A program made the translations under genes and the position numbers. Source: Camelus ferus (taxonomy: Eukaryota). Taken from it: DNA of 64,000 nt. The DNA lies in the NCBI RefSeq assembly GCF_009834535.1, contig NC_045701.1, positions 32,612,001 to 32,676,000 of the forward strand, given 5' to 3'. Positions 29,128 to 40,600 of this stretch are shown piece after piece. Positions within the stretch are counted from its first letter, which is position 1, and the number at the start of each line of letters is the position of its first letter. The notes below the pieces were generated by a model, which had not been told where the DNA came from, searched no databases, and was given only the letters and a program-made list of their open reading frames with translations.

Positions 29128-32100
29128 TTAGAACTTGCTAGTATAGAGGGTCATAGCCCACTTGGGCACTCGGAGGAAGCTGGGCAAGTAGGAGGCCAGC
29201 CAGCCCAGGCTGGAGACACGGGAGAGAATGAAGCTCAAAGACAAATAGTCTTGGATGGGGCGGCCTGCAGATCACAGGAAGGGAAGAGGGTTAGACTCTG
29301 GTTTCCCACTCCTCAGACACCCCCACCCTGGCTGAAGAGACTGAGTGGGATGTGAGGGAGGAAGGAACGGGGAGACAGGGTGGGAGAAGTGAGTAGGGAA
29401 CAGAACGAAGAGAGGTCCAGGCTGGGGCCGGGCCAGAGCTCTTACCATTGACGTCCTGAAGGCCATAGCGCCGAGCGAGGTCACAGGACGGCAGCACCTT
29501 CCCACTCAGGCGTAGGATATTGGGGTCTGTGGGCACACAGACAGCTGAGATGGCGTGGGAGTGGCGCAGGGTGACCAGGCTTGGGCCCGATGGCACGGGG
29601 CGCCACTGAGACAGGCTTAGGAGCCCAGAATCATTTCTCTCTGTTCTAGGAAGGTTCCTGAGCCTCTTGCTCCTGGCCACACAGGCCTAGTTTCTGAGGC
29701 TCCCACTCCTCAAACTGGGCATTGGACCCTCTGGGTCTCCAAAAGGCAGAGGAGGGCGTATTTCTCAACCACATCCTGAGCCAGGACCTAGAAGTACCTG
29801 CCACCACCCTGCAGATCTTCTATGCCCTTTCTTGTTACCAGCTGCCCCCAACCTCATTACCTGTTGCCAAAGCCACCACACATTTGCCACTCATTTCTGT
29901 AGTCTCCGCAGATGAGAACTGAGATCTGATCTGAAACACAAGGGCAGAGAAGTGAGGGGTTAATTTCCAGGAGAACTGCCCAGTACCTTCCCAGTTTCAG
30001 CTTCTGTTCCAGAAGAGAGAGGCCCTCATCACTGCACCTGCAGAACTCAGCATCTTGGGTGGTGCAGGAGTGACTCCTCCCAACATCCAGCGAGCCCTGT
30101 AGCCCGACACCAGGACCCACTGCCTTTCTGCCTTTCCTAAGTGTAAAGATGTGGGGATGCCAACTACATCTGGACCTTCTAGATTAGTTCAGGGCAGAGG
30201 CTTTGGAGTGGGACAGTCTTCCTACACAGGGCATCCGTGACCTTGAGCAAGCTGCTTAAGCTCCCTGAGTTTCAGTTTCACCAACTGTGAAATGGAGATA
30301 CCATCTCCCTTACAGGATTAAAGGACATAACAGGTGTCGGTGCTCACGCTGCGCCTGCCACAATAAGCACCTGGGCATTTACCCTTTGTTGTTCCTGCCA
30401 TGTCGTTGCGGATGGAAAGGCCGATTCCCTGCAATCTCTGCCACCCTTGCCCTCCCTTTGCTAACCTGCTCAACCAGCGGATCAGCGGTGCTGTCTCCCT
30501 TCATCGCCTGTTCCTTCATCAGTTCTGTCTGTACAAACCCGGGCCACAGAGAGACGTAGCTGACTCCATGGCGCCGCAGCTCGTGGGCACAGTCAGCAGC
30601 CAGCCTGTCGCACTGAGAGGGTCAGAAGGCCAGGTGAGAACCAGGGCACCTGGTCATGTCACCTTCCTCCCCTGCCTTCCCTGTTTCTGTCGAGGATGCC
30701 CCAGACCCTTGGTCTTCCCAGAAGCCCGGGAGCCAGGGATCAGCTGTCCACTTTCCCCAGTGCACTGCCTACGCAGGCCAGCCAAGAGGGCCCCAGGCAA
30801 AGGAACTGTCCATGCAGGGGCAGAGGCAGAGGTGAGGGCCAGTCAGCCTTACCACTCTCACTGAGGACTGTATCTCCTGAGCTATGGGTACCATCCCTGC
30901 CCTATACCTCCCAATCCCTGTGCCATTGGGCCTCACCGCAGCTTTGCCCACACCATAGGGGACGTTGATGAAATAGTGCAGCCCCCCAATGGAGGAGATG
31001 ACCACGATGAGCCCCCGGCCAGCTGGTACCATCAGCCGTGCGCCATACACCGAGCACAAGTAGTGGCCTCTAGAAGGTGGGGCAAAGGAAGAGAAGAAAT
31101 GAAACACATTCAGGGCTGTTTAAGGAAGCTTCTTCTGCCCCCTAGTCATTTCTCAGCTGGGAGAACACAGCATAGGGCAGCTGCAAAGCTGGTGAATCAA
31201 GGGCTTGAGGCCACACTCTGAGAAAGACGCTGATAAAATCAACCACCAACGGATGAGAAATGGCCATCTTTAGAAGACATCATGGAAGAAACAGCAGTAA
31301 CAGAACTTAAATAGTTTGGGGGATAAAACATAATAAATAAATGATCTACAAGGGAAAACTATAAAGTTCTATTTAATATAAAAGAACAAGTACAGATATA
31401 ATTTGTTTAGAAGAATCAGCATATAAAACATCAGTGCTACTTAAATTAATCCATAGATTCAGTCAATTTGAGTTATATCTCAGACTTCTGAAGAAATAGA
31501 CAAAATAATCTAAGAGAATAAATAGGCAATGAGAATGTGGGAGAATAGCCGGGAAGACTCTGAAAAAGGAAGAATAATATCTTGTGGGTGAGAGGGATAT
31601 GCTCCCCTCCCCTCGCCACCCTGCACTAAAATATACAATGACGTGACAGTTAAAAGAGTGCAGGACTGTTATAAGAGCACGCAGGTAAGCCAATGAAACA
31701 AAACAGTCAATAATTAACCCAAGCGTAAATGCGAATTCAGCAAATTATAAAGGGAACATTTCAAACCAATGAGGGGAGATGTACCATTTAGCAAATGGAT
31801 TTGGGACAACTGGTCAGTTATTTAGTGGGTGGGACTGGCTCTCTACCTCATTTATTATTTTAAAATGCATTCCAAAAATATTTGAATATTAAAAAAATGA
31901 ATGTACAAAAGCAGTAAAAGAAAGCATGACAATGTGTTCATAAACCTGAGGTGGGGAAGCCTGTCTCCATATCACACTGAGACGGAAACTTGACTTCTAA
32001 ACAGTAAGACATATATACATAGATGTACAAACACATACGTGTATATACATTTAGGTATGCATAGATAGCTGTGGAAGGCACGCGTGCAAACAATGAGTAA

Positions 32101-35100
32101 TAAATTGGGGGAAATATTTGTAAAATACACATCAAAGGAATCTATTCTACAAAAATCTCTTATAAATTGATGTGAAAACACTAATTAAATAACACAAAGA
32201 ACAACTCACAAAAGAATAAGGAGCCAATAATAAAAGAAAAAAAAGCTCAACTTTTCAAATACTAAAGAAATGTGAATTAAAAAAACACCTTCAGAGATCT
32301 TACCATTAGAGTAGCAGAACTTGCCTGATCTCCTGGCCTGATATGTCTCGTATGACCGAGGACACAGGGAAACAGATGTTCTCCTTCACTGTCCAGAGCT
32401 TATAAATTGGTGGGGTCTTTTTGGAGTTTGATAATATTTATTACATCTTTAAGACGTACCTAAGAATTCCACTACTGCAACAGATAAAGGGTTTGATCAA
32501 TGAATTATGGTATCTCCTCCCAGTGGAAAATTTAAAAGAATGGCAGAATATATACTAGGCTATTAACAGTATACCATGCTTCAGGCAAGGGAGGAAGGGG
32601 TGGCGAGGAGGAGAATGAGATTATACTGGTCTTCACAGTATATTTTAAAAAAAATACATGAGAAAATCCTTTTTTTGTGTGTGGGAAACAGGACCCTCCA
32701 AATGAAAACAAGTAGAGAAAGTTATGGAATCAAAAGGAAGCTCAGCCTAAGGTAAAGCAGAGGAGAGGCACAGTGAATGTGTGTGTGGGAGGTGAGAGGA
32801 GGTGCCGCTGAGTTTCCAAGAGGCTCACAGAGTGAACTTCACCTTGGAGAATTCATCAGGGCTCAGGGGCCGGGGTCTGGGCCTTTGCCTTGTAGGCTCA
32901 AGACCCTGACCGGCAAGAGATGAGAGTGTGCAAAATGGCTTAAAGACTTAAATATAAAATATGACACCATAAAACTCCTAGAAGAGAAAGTAGGCAAAAC
33001 ACCCTCTGACATAAATCATAGCAATGTTTCTGTAGGTCAGTCCCCCAGGGCAATAGAAATAAAAGCAAAAATAAATAAATGGGACCTAATCAAACTTAAA
33101 AGTTTTTACACAGCAAAGGAAACTATAAAACAAAAAGACAACCTACCGACTGGGAGAAAATATTTGCAAACTATGCAACCCACAAAGGCTTAATTTCTAA
33201 AATATACAAACAGCTCATACAACTCAGTATCAAAAAAACAAACAACCCAGTCACAAAATGGGCAGAAGACCTAAACAGACATTTCTCCAAAAAAGACATA
33301 CAGATGGCCAACAGGCACATGAAAAGATGCTCAACATCGCTAAGTATTAGAGATAAGCAAGTCAAAACTACAGTGAGGTATCACCTCACACCAGTCACAA
33401 TGGCCATCATCAAAAAGTNNNNNNNNNNNNNNNNNNNNNNNNNNNNNNNNNNNNNNNNNNNNNNNNNNNNNNNNNNNNNNNNNNNNNNNNNNNNNNNNNN
33501 NNNNNNNNNNNNNNNNNNNNNNNNNNNNNNNNNNNNNNNNNNNNNNNNNNNNNNNNNNNNNNNNNNNNNNNNNNNNNNNNNNNNNNNNAGGGAACTCTAA
33601 TTTGAAAAGATACATGCATCCCAATGTTCACAGCACTATTTACAATAGCCAAGACATGGAAACAACTTAAATGTGAACTGAATAAAGAAGCTGTGGTATA
33701 TTTATACAATGGAATAGTACTCAGCCATAAAAAATAAAAAATAATGCCATGTGCAGCAACATGAATGGACCTGGAGATGGTCATTCTAAGTGAAGTAAGC
33801 CAGAAAGAGGAAGAAAAATACCATATGATACCACTCACATGTGGAATCTAAAAAGAAAGAAAGAAAGAAAGAAAAAGGACACTATAAACTCATCTACAAA
33901 ACAGAAACAGACTCGCAGACATAGAAAACAAACTCATGGTAATGGGGGGAAAGGGGTTGGGAAGGGATAACTTGCGAGTTCAAGATTTGCAGATACCAAC
34001 TACTATATATAAAATAGATAAATAACAAGTTTCTACTGTATAGCACAGGGAACTATAGTCAATATCTTGTAGTAACCTACAATGAAAAAGAACATGAAAA
34101 GGAATCTATGTATGTATATATATGACTGAAACATTATGCTGAACACCAGAAATTGACACTATATTGTAAACTGACTATACTTCAATACTTTAAAAAAAAA
34201 AAGTGGAGAAAAAAGAGAGATGAAAGTGTGGAAGGCCCCTCTCTTTGGAGGGCTAAGGATATACTCATTGCCAATTTCCAGCTCTTGGGTTTTCTTTTCT
34301 TGACTCTTAGCTGACCATCCCTCTCTGTCCTCATAACCTTAATTCCACTTTGGAAATCACAATTGGATTCTAATCCTGCTGCCCTGGGATTGCCACTAGA
34401 AGCCTTGGGTGTTCTTAAACGCTTTAGACAAGAAATTTGCATATAATGGATGGGTGACCCACACAGGTGGCTGATCACATCCATGCAGTGTAGTTTCTGA
34501 GAGGGTACTACAGTTCCAACAATAAACACAGACATAACTGGTGTATATCATGCTAGGTGAACTCTAAATGCTGCGTTTCATCTCACTCCTGTGCCCGATG
34601 TATGTGTAACCCCATGACACCCCTCCCTCCCAGCCTGGACCTAGGAGTGCCTCTCCTGTGGGTCTGGAGTGAGGGGGTGGAGGCTAAGATGGTGAGCACT
34701 CACTTTCTTACTGACCTTGTCCTGATGTAAAACAAAACAGTTTCTTCCTCTAATCATCTAGAAATGTTGACTACAGATGGTATGCTCTATTGAGGGAAAG
34801 AGGCTCCCTTCTGGGTCATGCGTTTGGATGGGCAGTGAGGCAGGAGAGAGGGCAAGGGCAAGTTCAGATGAGAATTACTGACAGAAACAAGGCAAAAGTT
34901 AACTTTCATGGCTACATATTCACCTAGATGAAACTTCTTCAGAGGTTAGTGGACAAATGGGACAGAAGGGAGAAGAAAGAGACAAGGAAGCACAAGGAGA
35001 CAAGGAGACAAGGAGACAAGAGGGAAAGGAGAGGACACCTGGGGAAAGGTCTGGGCCCTCAGCTTGGCTGAGTGAGTGAGGGGAGCCCAGGCCCTTGGGG

Positions 35101-36811
35101 TGGGGCGGGGAGGGGAACACCCACCTAAGCCCAACATTGTTGATATCATCCCAGATGGAGGCGGGGCTTTCCCAGAATGCCTTCTTAGTGTTGTTGAGGA
35201 TCACCTGGAAGGCACAGGGAGCGTGATGACTAGGACAATCTGAAGGCCGGAAGGTATGGGGGGCTGGACAATGGAAGGGACAATGAATGGGGATGAGGAC
35301 TCAGAGGTCACAGGGGAAAGGCAGGTGTGTGGAGCTGAAGTCAAAGTTCACAGAGCACCTGGACCCCAGCATAGGCGTTGTTGACCAGCACATCCAGACG
35401 CCCATGCTGTTCTTGAGCCACCTGTTCAAACAGGCTTCGCACTTCACTCTCCTGACTTGAATCGCATACCACAGGCATACATCGGCCCCCTCGAGATTGC
35501 GCCTGGAGAGGGACAGAGGGGATATGAGCTCAGTTGCACACGAGTGTGAGACCTACACAGCTCCCCTCAACTTCCAGCTTGGGTGTTGAGAAGACAATAA
35601 GGAATCACAGCCAGCAGCTGAAGGAACATGGTGGGCAATACTGCCCTCTGGTGTCTTTTTGAGGAGTTTCAGGAATGCTAGGTCCTCTCATCGTAGAGCA
35701 AGGTGGATGGGCATCTCAGGTTTAAAATCTACAGACATTTACTGAGGCCCACCATGTGCAAGGCACTGTATTCTGCATGTGGAGGGTGAGGGACAAATAA
35801 GGCTTGGAGGCTGCTCTTGAGAAACAAGTATCTTTTTCCTTGTTCTTACGGGCCCTTAGCTTCCACCCTTCACCACTCATGTGGAATCCCTAGTCAATCC
35901 CAGCCCTCTCAACCTTACTCCACCAATATTCCTGCCTGTTAAGTGAGAGATCAAAGTTCTCAGACACAAACTACTACTTCCTGACCTGCCTCACCCTCTA
36001 CAAATGTGCTCCCATCCTCTAACTTCAGAGAAAGTAGAGTACCTTATTCAAGAACAATCCTCATATTCTCCAGATCCATGCTCTGGGTCCCACTCTCTGG
36101 CCTCCATGCCTAACTGCTCACCCACACTTCCAGACAATTCTGTGCACAGTTCTTACTTACCATATTCACATTAATTACTCATCTCTTATCACTTACTTTA
36201 CTCACATCCCATTGAAATGATTCATTTCTGCCTTAGACTTCTTGCTGGACTCTATCTTTTAAGAGCAGAAGTTATGTCTTACTAATCTTGGTAATCCCAG
36301 TGCTTCACCTGGTGCTTAGCAAATCAAATGCACCTCGATATTTATTTAATTGAAATCCAGTAGAAAAATCAAGTGAAAATGTACAATTCAACAAAGTCTT
36401 ATCAAAAATAGAGGAAAAAACACAGGTCCACAACTTTTCAGATGCCACTCTAAACTTCCTGAAGCTTTTAAAATAAAAAATTCCCTCCGTAGCAAAATAT
36501 GACCTAATCTGAAGATATTTATGAGTTTTATTTATCCTGCTTTGAATAAATAAATATTCACATTTATTTAGGAATATTATGGTGTCAGGTAAGAGGAGTG
36601 GTTAATGGGAAGGGCTCCCTCAGGTGGTTTCCGCCCCTGGGGTCCCAGAGGAAGCACTCACTTCCTGAGCAGTGGCCTGCAGCGTGTCCAGATGGCGGCC
36701 AGTGATGTAAACTGTGGCACCTGCTTGGCAGAGCTGTAAAGCGATGCCGCGGCCAATACCCCTGGAAGCACCAGTCACCACACACACTTGGCCCTTCATG
36801 GGAGCTGCCAT
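29128..36811 (-). CDS. DHRS1: Dehydrogenase/reductase SDR family member 1, 313 aa
   Basis: Exons: 36811-36662, 35502-35359, 35204-35125, 31069-30937, 30612-30466, 29930-29861, 29526-29446, 29264-29128. Sum is 942 nt and all introns are GT-AG. Motifs [12 protein letters not shown] and YGVGK (YxxxK) are present. Confidence 0.97.
31240..32620 (+). mobile_element. Old L1 (L1M-type) ORF2/3' fragments in DHRS1 intron 4
   Basis: AT-rich sequence with decayed L1-like motifs ('aaatggatttgggacaactgg', 'ggggaaatatttgtaaaatacacatcaaagga'). Boundaries approximate. Confidence 0.6.
32931..34215 (+). mobile_element. 5'-truncated younger L1 (ORF2 C-terminus, 3'UTR, poly(A)), antisense in DHRS1 intron 4
   Basis: Peptide [27 protein letters not shown] is typical L1 ORF2. 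It has an A tail and 15-bp TSDs at 32916-32930 and 34216-34230. Confidence 0.92.
33419..33588. other. Assembly gap (170 N) inside the L1
   Basis: N run seen directly. Confidence 0.99.
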
Positions 36812-37099
36812 GACTCACAAGCAAAAGGGTTAAATCTGCGGAAGCAAAGACTTGCTCTGAGAAAAGCCTGCAGATTGTGTACGTGGAAGGGGGATCCTGA
36901 CAATGGTAGGAGGTGGAACCAAGGTTGAGATCCTTTGACGGGAGATAAGTTTCAGAAGGGGATAACTAGGGCAGGCCCCAGGACAAGGCTGGATGTTCCT
37001 TCTGAGAGGTAAAGGACTGAAGAAAGAGGCTGCGGGGGGGTGCTGTCCAGGCCGGCCACCTACTGGAACTCTGGGTGGTGGACTGTGGCCCGGCAGTCA

Positions 37100-37630
37100 G
37101 TCCCGGCGCGTCCATGCAGAGTCCTGGGCTATCTGGGGCTATGACCGCAGGCTCGGAGGCGCGGCTTCCGTGTCGGGAGTGGGCTCGAGTCCCCGGGACC
37201 CTGAGTCCGAAGTGTAAGGAGCTCATGCCTCTTACCTACCACCTTATGCTGCCGCTAGAGTCCTCGGGCCGCCTCTCTCGCAAAGTTCTCGGAGTCAAGG
37301 ACTTTAATTCTGGCCGAGGGGGAGGGACGAGGTGACAACGACGGGGTCAGAGTACGAGGCTGGGGTCGAAGTCCGTGTCTGGAGCGGTTTCACCTGGCGA
37401 CACGGACAGGAAAGTCAAACAGCTCCCTGCGCGTCGGATTCGGGGCCGGGGCGATTCGGCGACAACCACGCCCACCCTAGGTGGGCCGTCGCCGGCTTAT
37501 GACGTATAACACTGCGCCCTGAGCGCGCCGGCGTGTCTAAACTCGGCCAGGCCCCGTCCTGTACCGGGCTGTGTGAGGTTTCCCCTGCGACCAAGGAATC
37601 TTTCGCCCACGAAGAGGACCCAAAGCACCC
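37100..37630. promoter_or_regulatory. DHRS1/NOP9 bidirectional CpG-island promoter, including DHRS1 non-coding exon 1 (donor at 37236/37235)
   Basis: CpG-rich, between divergent genes. Minus-strand donor TAG|GTAAGA; CRE half-site TGACGT at 37500-37505. Confidence 0.75.
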
Positions 37631-40600
37631 ATGGGGCTGGGTCCGCGCTCCCCCCACCAGGCAGGGCGCCGGTTCCCAGCTGGAGGCAAACGAGGGCGCG
37701 GGGCCAAGGGGTCGGGGCGTCCCCCAGCAGGCCGCCAGCGACCACCCTGCCCGCCTCCGGACGGGCGCTCGGAGCCGGCTCCAGATGCATACCCTCACCT
37801 GAGCCCGGAAGCTCTGGGGTATTTCCGCCGGGCACTATCGGCGCTGAAAGAGGCCCCCGAGACGGGAGAAGAACGAGGTAGGGAGCAACTTCGGGGTGGG
37901 TCAAGGGATGGATTAGTTGGTCATATAATCCAGGACAGGCAAGGAAATGTTCGTGGGTCCTCAGGGTGTGGGGACCTAGTTTCATCTCCTGTATCCTCTT
38001 CTTGACTCGTCGCCCCTTGGTTAAGTAATGGGACATAATCTTATCCTCCTCGCATTCTCTTTGATATATTCCTTGTTTTTCCAGAGCTGATGGTGCACAA
38101 CATTTTGAAAGAAGTGGAGGCTCAGGCCCTAGCCTTGGCCACAAACAGGACCGGTAGTGAGATGCTGCAGGAACTGTTGGGGTTCAGTCCCCTGAAATCG
38201 TTGTGTCGAGTATGGGCTGCTCTGCGCTCCGACTTGCGTTTTGTGGCCTGTCATCGATGCGGGGTCCATGTATTGCAAAGTGCTTTGCTGCAGCTGCCTC
38301 GATTGCTAGGGAGCCCTGCAGAGGAAGAAGAGGAGGAGGAGGAGGAAGGGAAGGATGGTCCTTTGGAGACCCTAGAGGAGCTGGTCCTGGGACTAGCAGC
38401 AGAGGTGTGTGGTGATTTTCTTTTCTACTGTGGAGACACCCATGGCAGCTTCGTGGTCAGAACTTTGCTGCAGGTATTGGGCGGGACTCTTCTGGAGTCT
38501 GACAGAGCCAGGCACCGTGGCTCCCAGTCACCTGGTGAGTATTTCAAGAGAGGGATGTGGACCTAGTGGGAAGGAGAAAATAAGCAGAAGAATATTTCTT
38601 CAGGACCTTGAAGAATTGGCAGAGAAAGAAGGACAGGGATACCAAGCCAAAGATTAGTGTGCATAGAGGCCCAGGGGTGAGGATGCATAGGCGTGTTTAG
38701 AGAATAGCTGTTAGAAGAATGGGGCCAAGGAAAAGAGGTAATTCATTCCAGCATTGGACTTCAGCCACAACTTACAGTAAGAAAAAAAGTTTTTTTAAAC
38801 GTGACTCAACATACATATGTGTATATATACAAATATATTGCATGAGGTTTTTTTTTTTTCTTTATATATACACACATATTGGAGTCAAGCAGAAGTTCAG
38901 GAAACAGTCCCCTTACTACATGCAACCCACTCTGATATTTTCTTTACTTTTATTCTATTCTGTTGTGTTCCATTAAAAAATGCTTGTTGAGACCCACTAA
39001 ATTGATTTCATGATACACTCATAAGCAGCAACCTATATTTTGAAAAATGTTGGGAAATAACGTAGTGAGTTTAGGTGAGGCCTGATTTTGGAACACTTTG
39101 AATTCCTGGCTGAGGAGTTTGGACTATCACCTATGGGCCTGGTTGAAGTTTCTTAGAAAAATTAAAACAGAAACGTAGTCTCTCAGTTCAATCATCCAGA
39201 TGAGAAGAGACATTCAGTTGTACTGTATGTGTTCTGCATCTCCAAGCTGAATCCTTGTTCAGTTATGAAATTCTCCCTCCTGGATGGCAGTTTGTGATCT
39301 CACCACTGCATACGTTCTTTTTATCTATTTATTTATTTTTGTTGAAGTGTAGTTGGTTTACAATGTTGTGTTAATTTCTGGTGTACTGAATAGTGATTCA
39401 GTCATACACATATGTATATATCGCACACATTCTTTTTTTTGTTCTTTTTATTGTGCACGTTCTTGATCTGCCTTCAGAAGCACAAAGGGCTCCAACTCGG
39501 GAATGTAAGCCAACTGATTTCGAGGTTCCTGAAACCTTCTTGAATTGCCTTCAGGACGTGAGCTCCTGCTTTCTGAAGGACATTGCTGGTAAGGAGGGAA
39601 ATAGGAGGGTCTAGGGTCTACTTTTCTGGTGGTGATTGTCATCAGACAAGCCTCTTATTTTGAGCTGTTTTATTTGTCTTTTTTTTTTTTTTTCTGTATA
39701 GACCACTTATGTCCAAAGTCCATTGTACCTTGTTGTTTGAGGTTGTACAGGTTGTCTGGATTTTGAGAAAGCTGCTTTTATTTCTGCCCTCTCCTCACAG
39801 TGTTTATCACTGACAAGATCTCCAGCTTCTGCCTTCAAGTGGCCTTACAGATCTTACACCGCAAACGGCCCCAGTGTTGTGCCCACCTCTGCAATGCTGT
39901 GATTGGCTACCTGAGTAGCCGCAATTCCTCAGCAGATGGCAGGTATGGGCAGGGCCTCAGGATTTACCAAGGTTGATGGGCTGTGTGAAATGAATGACAT
40001 GATGTGGGTATTTTATTTGTTTGTTTTAAAAGACAAAGGTTTTCATTTTGTTTAATTTTTTTGTCATTTTATTTTATTTTGTCCCGTTTTATTGAGATAT
40101 GCTTGACATATGGCACTATATAAGTTTAATGTACATTATGTACAGCATAATTATTTGAGTTACCTCATGAAATGATTACCACAGTAAGTTTAGTGAGCAT
40201 TCATTGTCTCATATAGTTACAAAATTAAAGAAATAGAAAAAGAATTGTTTTCCTTGTGATGAGAACTCTTAGGATTTACTCTTAAAAGCTTTTATATAAA
40301 CATGCAGTAGTGTTAGTTACATTTGCCATGTTGTACATCACACCCCTAGTATTTATTTATAACTAAAAGTTTGTACCTTTTGACTGTCTTCATCCAGTTC
40401 CCCCTCTCCCATACCCTCCATCCCTCTGGTAACCACAAATCAGATGTTTTTTCCTCTGAGTTGGTTTTTTTGTTTGGTTGGTTTTGAAGTATGATTGGCC
40501 TACAACACCATGTTAGTTCCCATCATATAACATAATGATTTGATATTCCAATACACTTCAAAACGCTCACCATGATAAGTCCAGTGATGTGGGTATTTTG

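Noticed and set aside
33304-33838. ORFs containing X runs (also 59894-60172)
   Set aside because: These are produced by translating through N gaps. The real parts are L1 ORF2 or intronic sequence.
34979-35020. (GAGACAAG)n 8-mer tandem repeat in DHRS1 intron 4
   Set aside because: Short, degenerate purine-rich repeat with no spacer structure and no functional clue.
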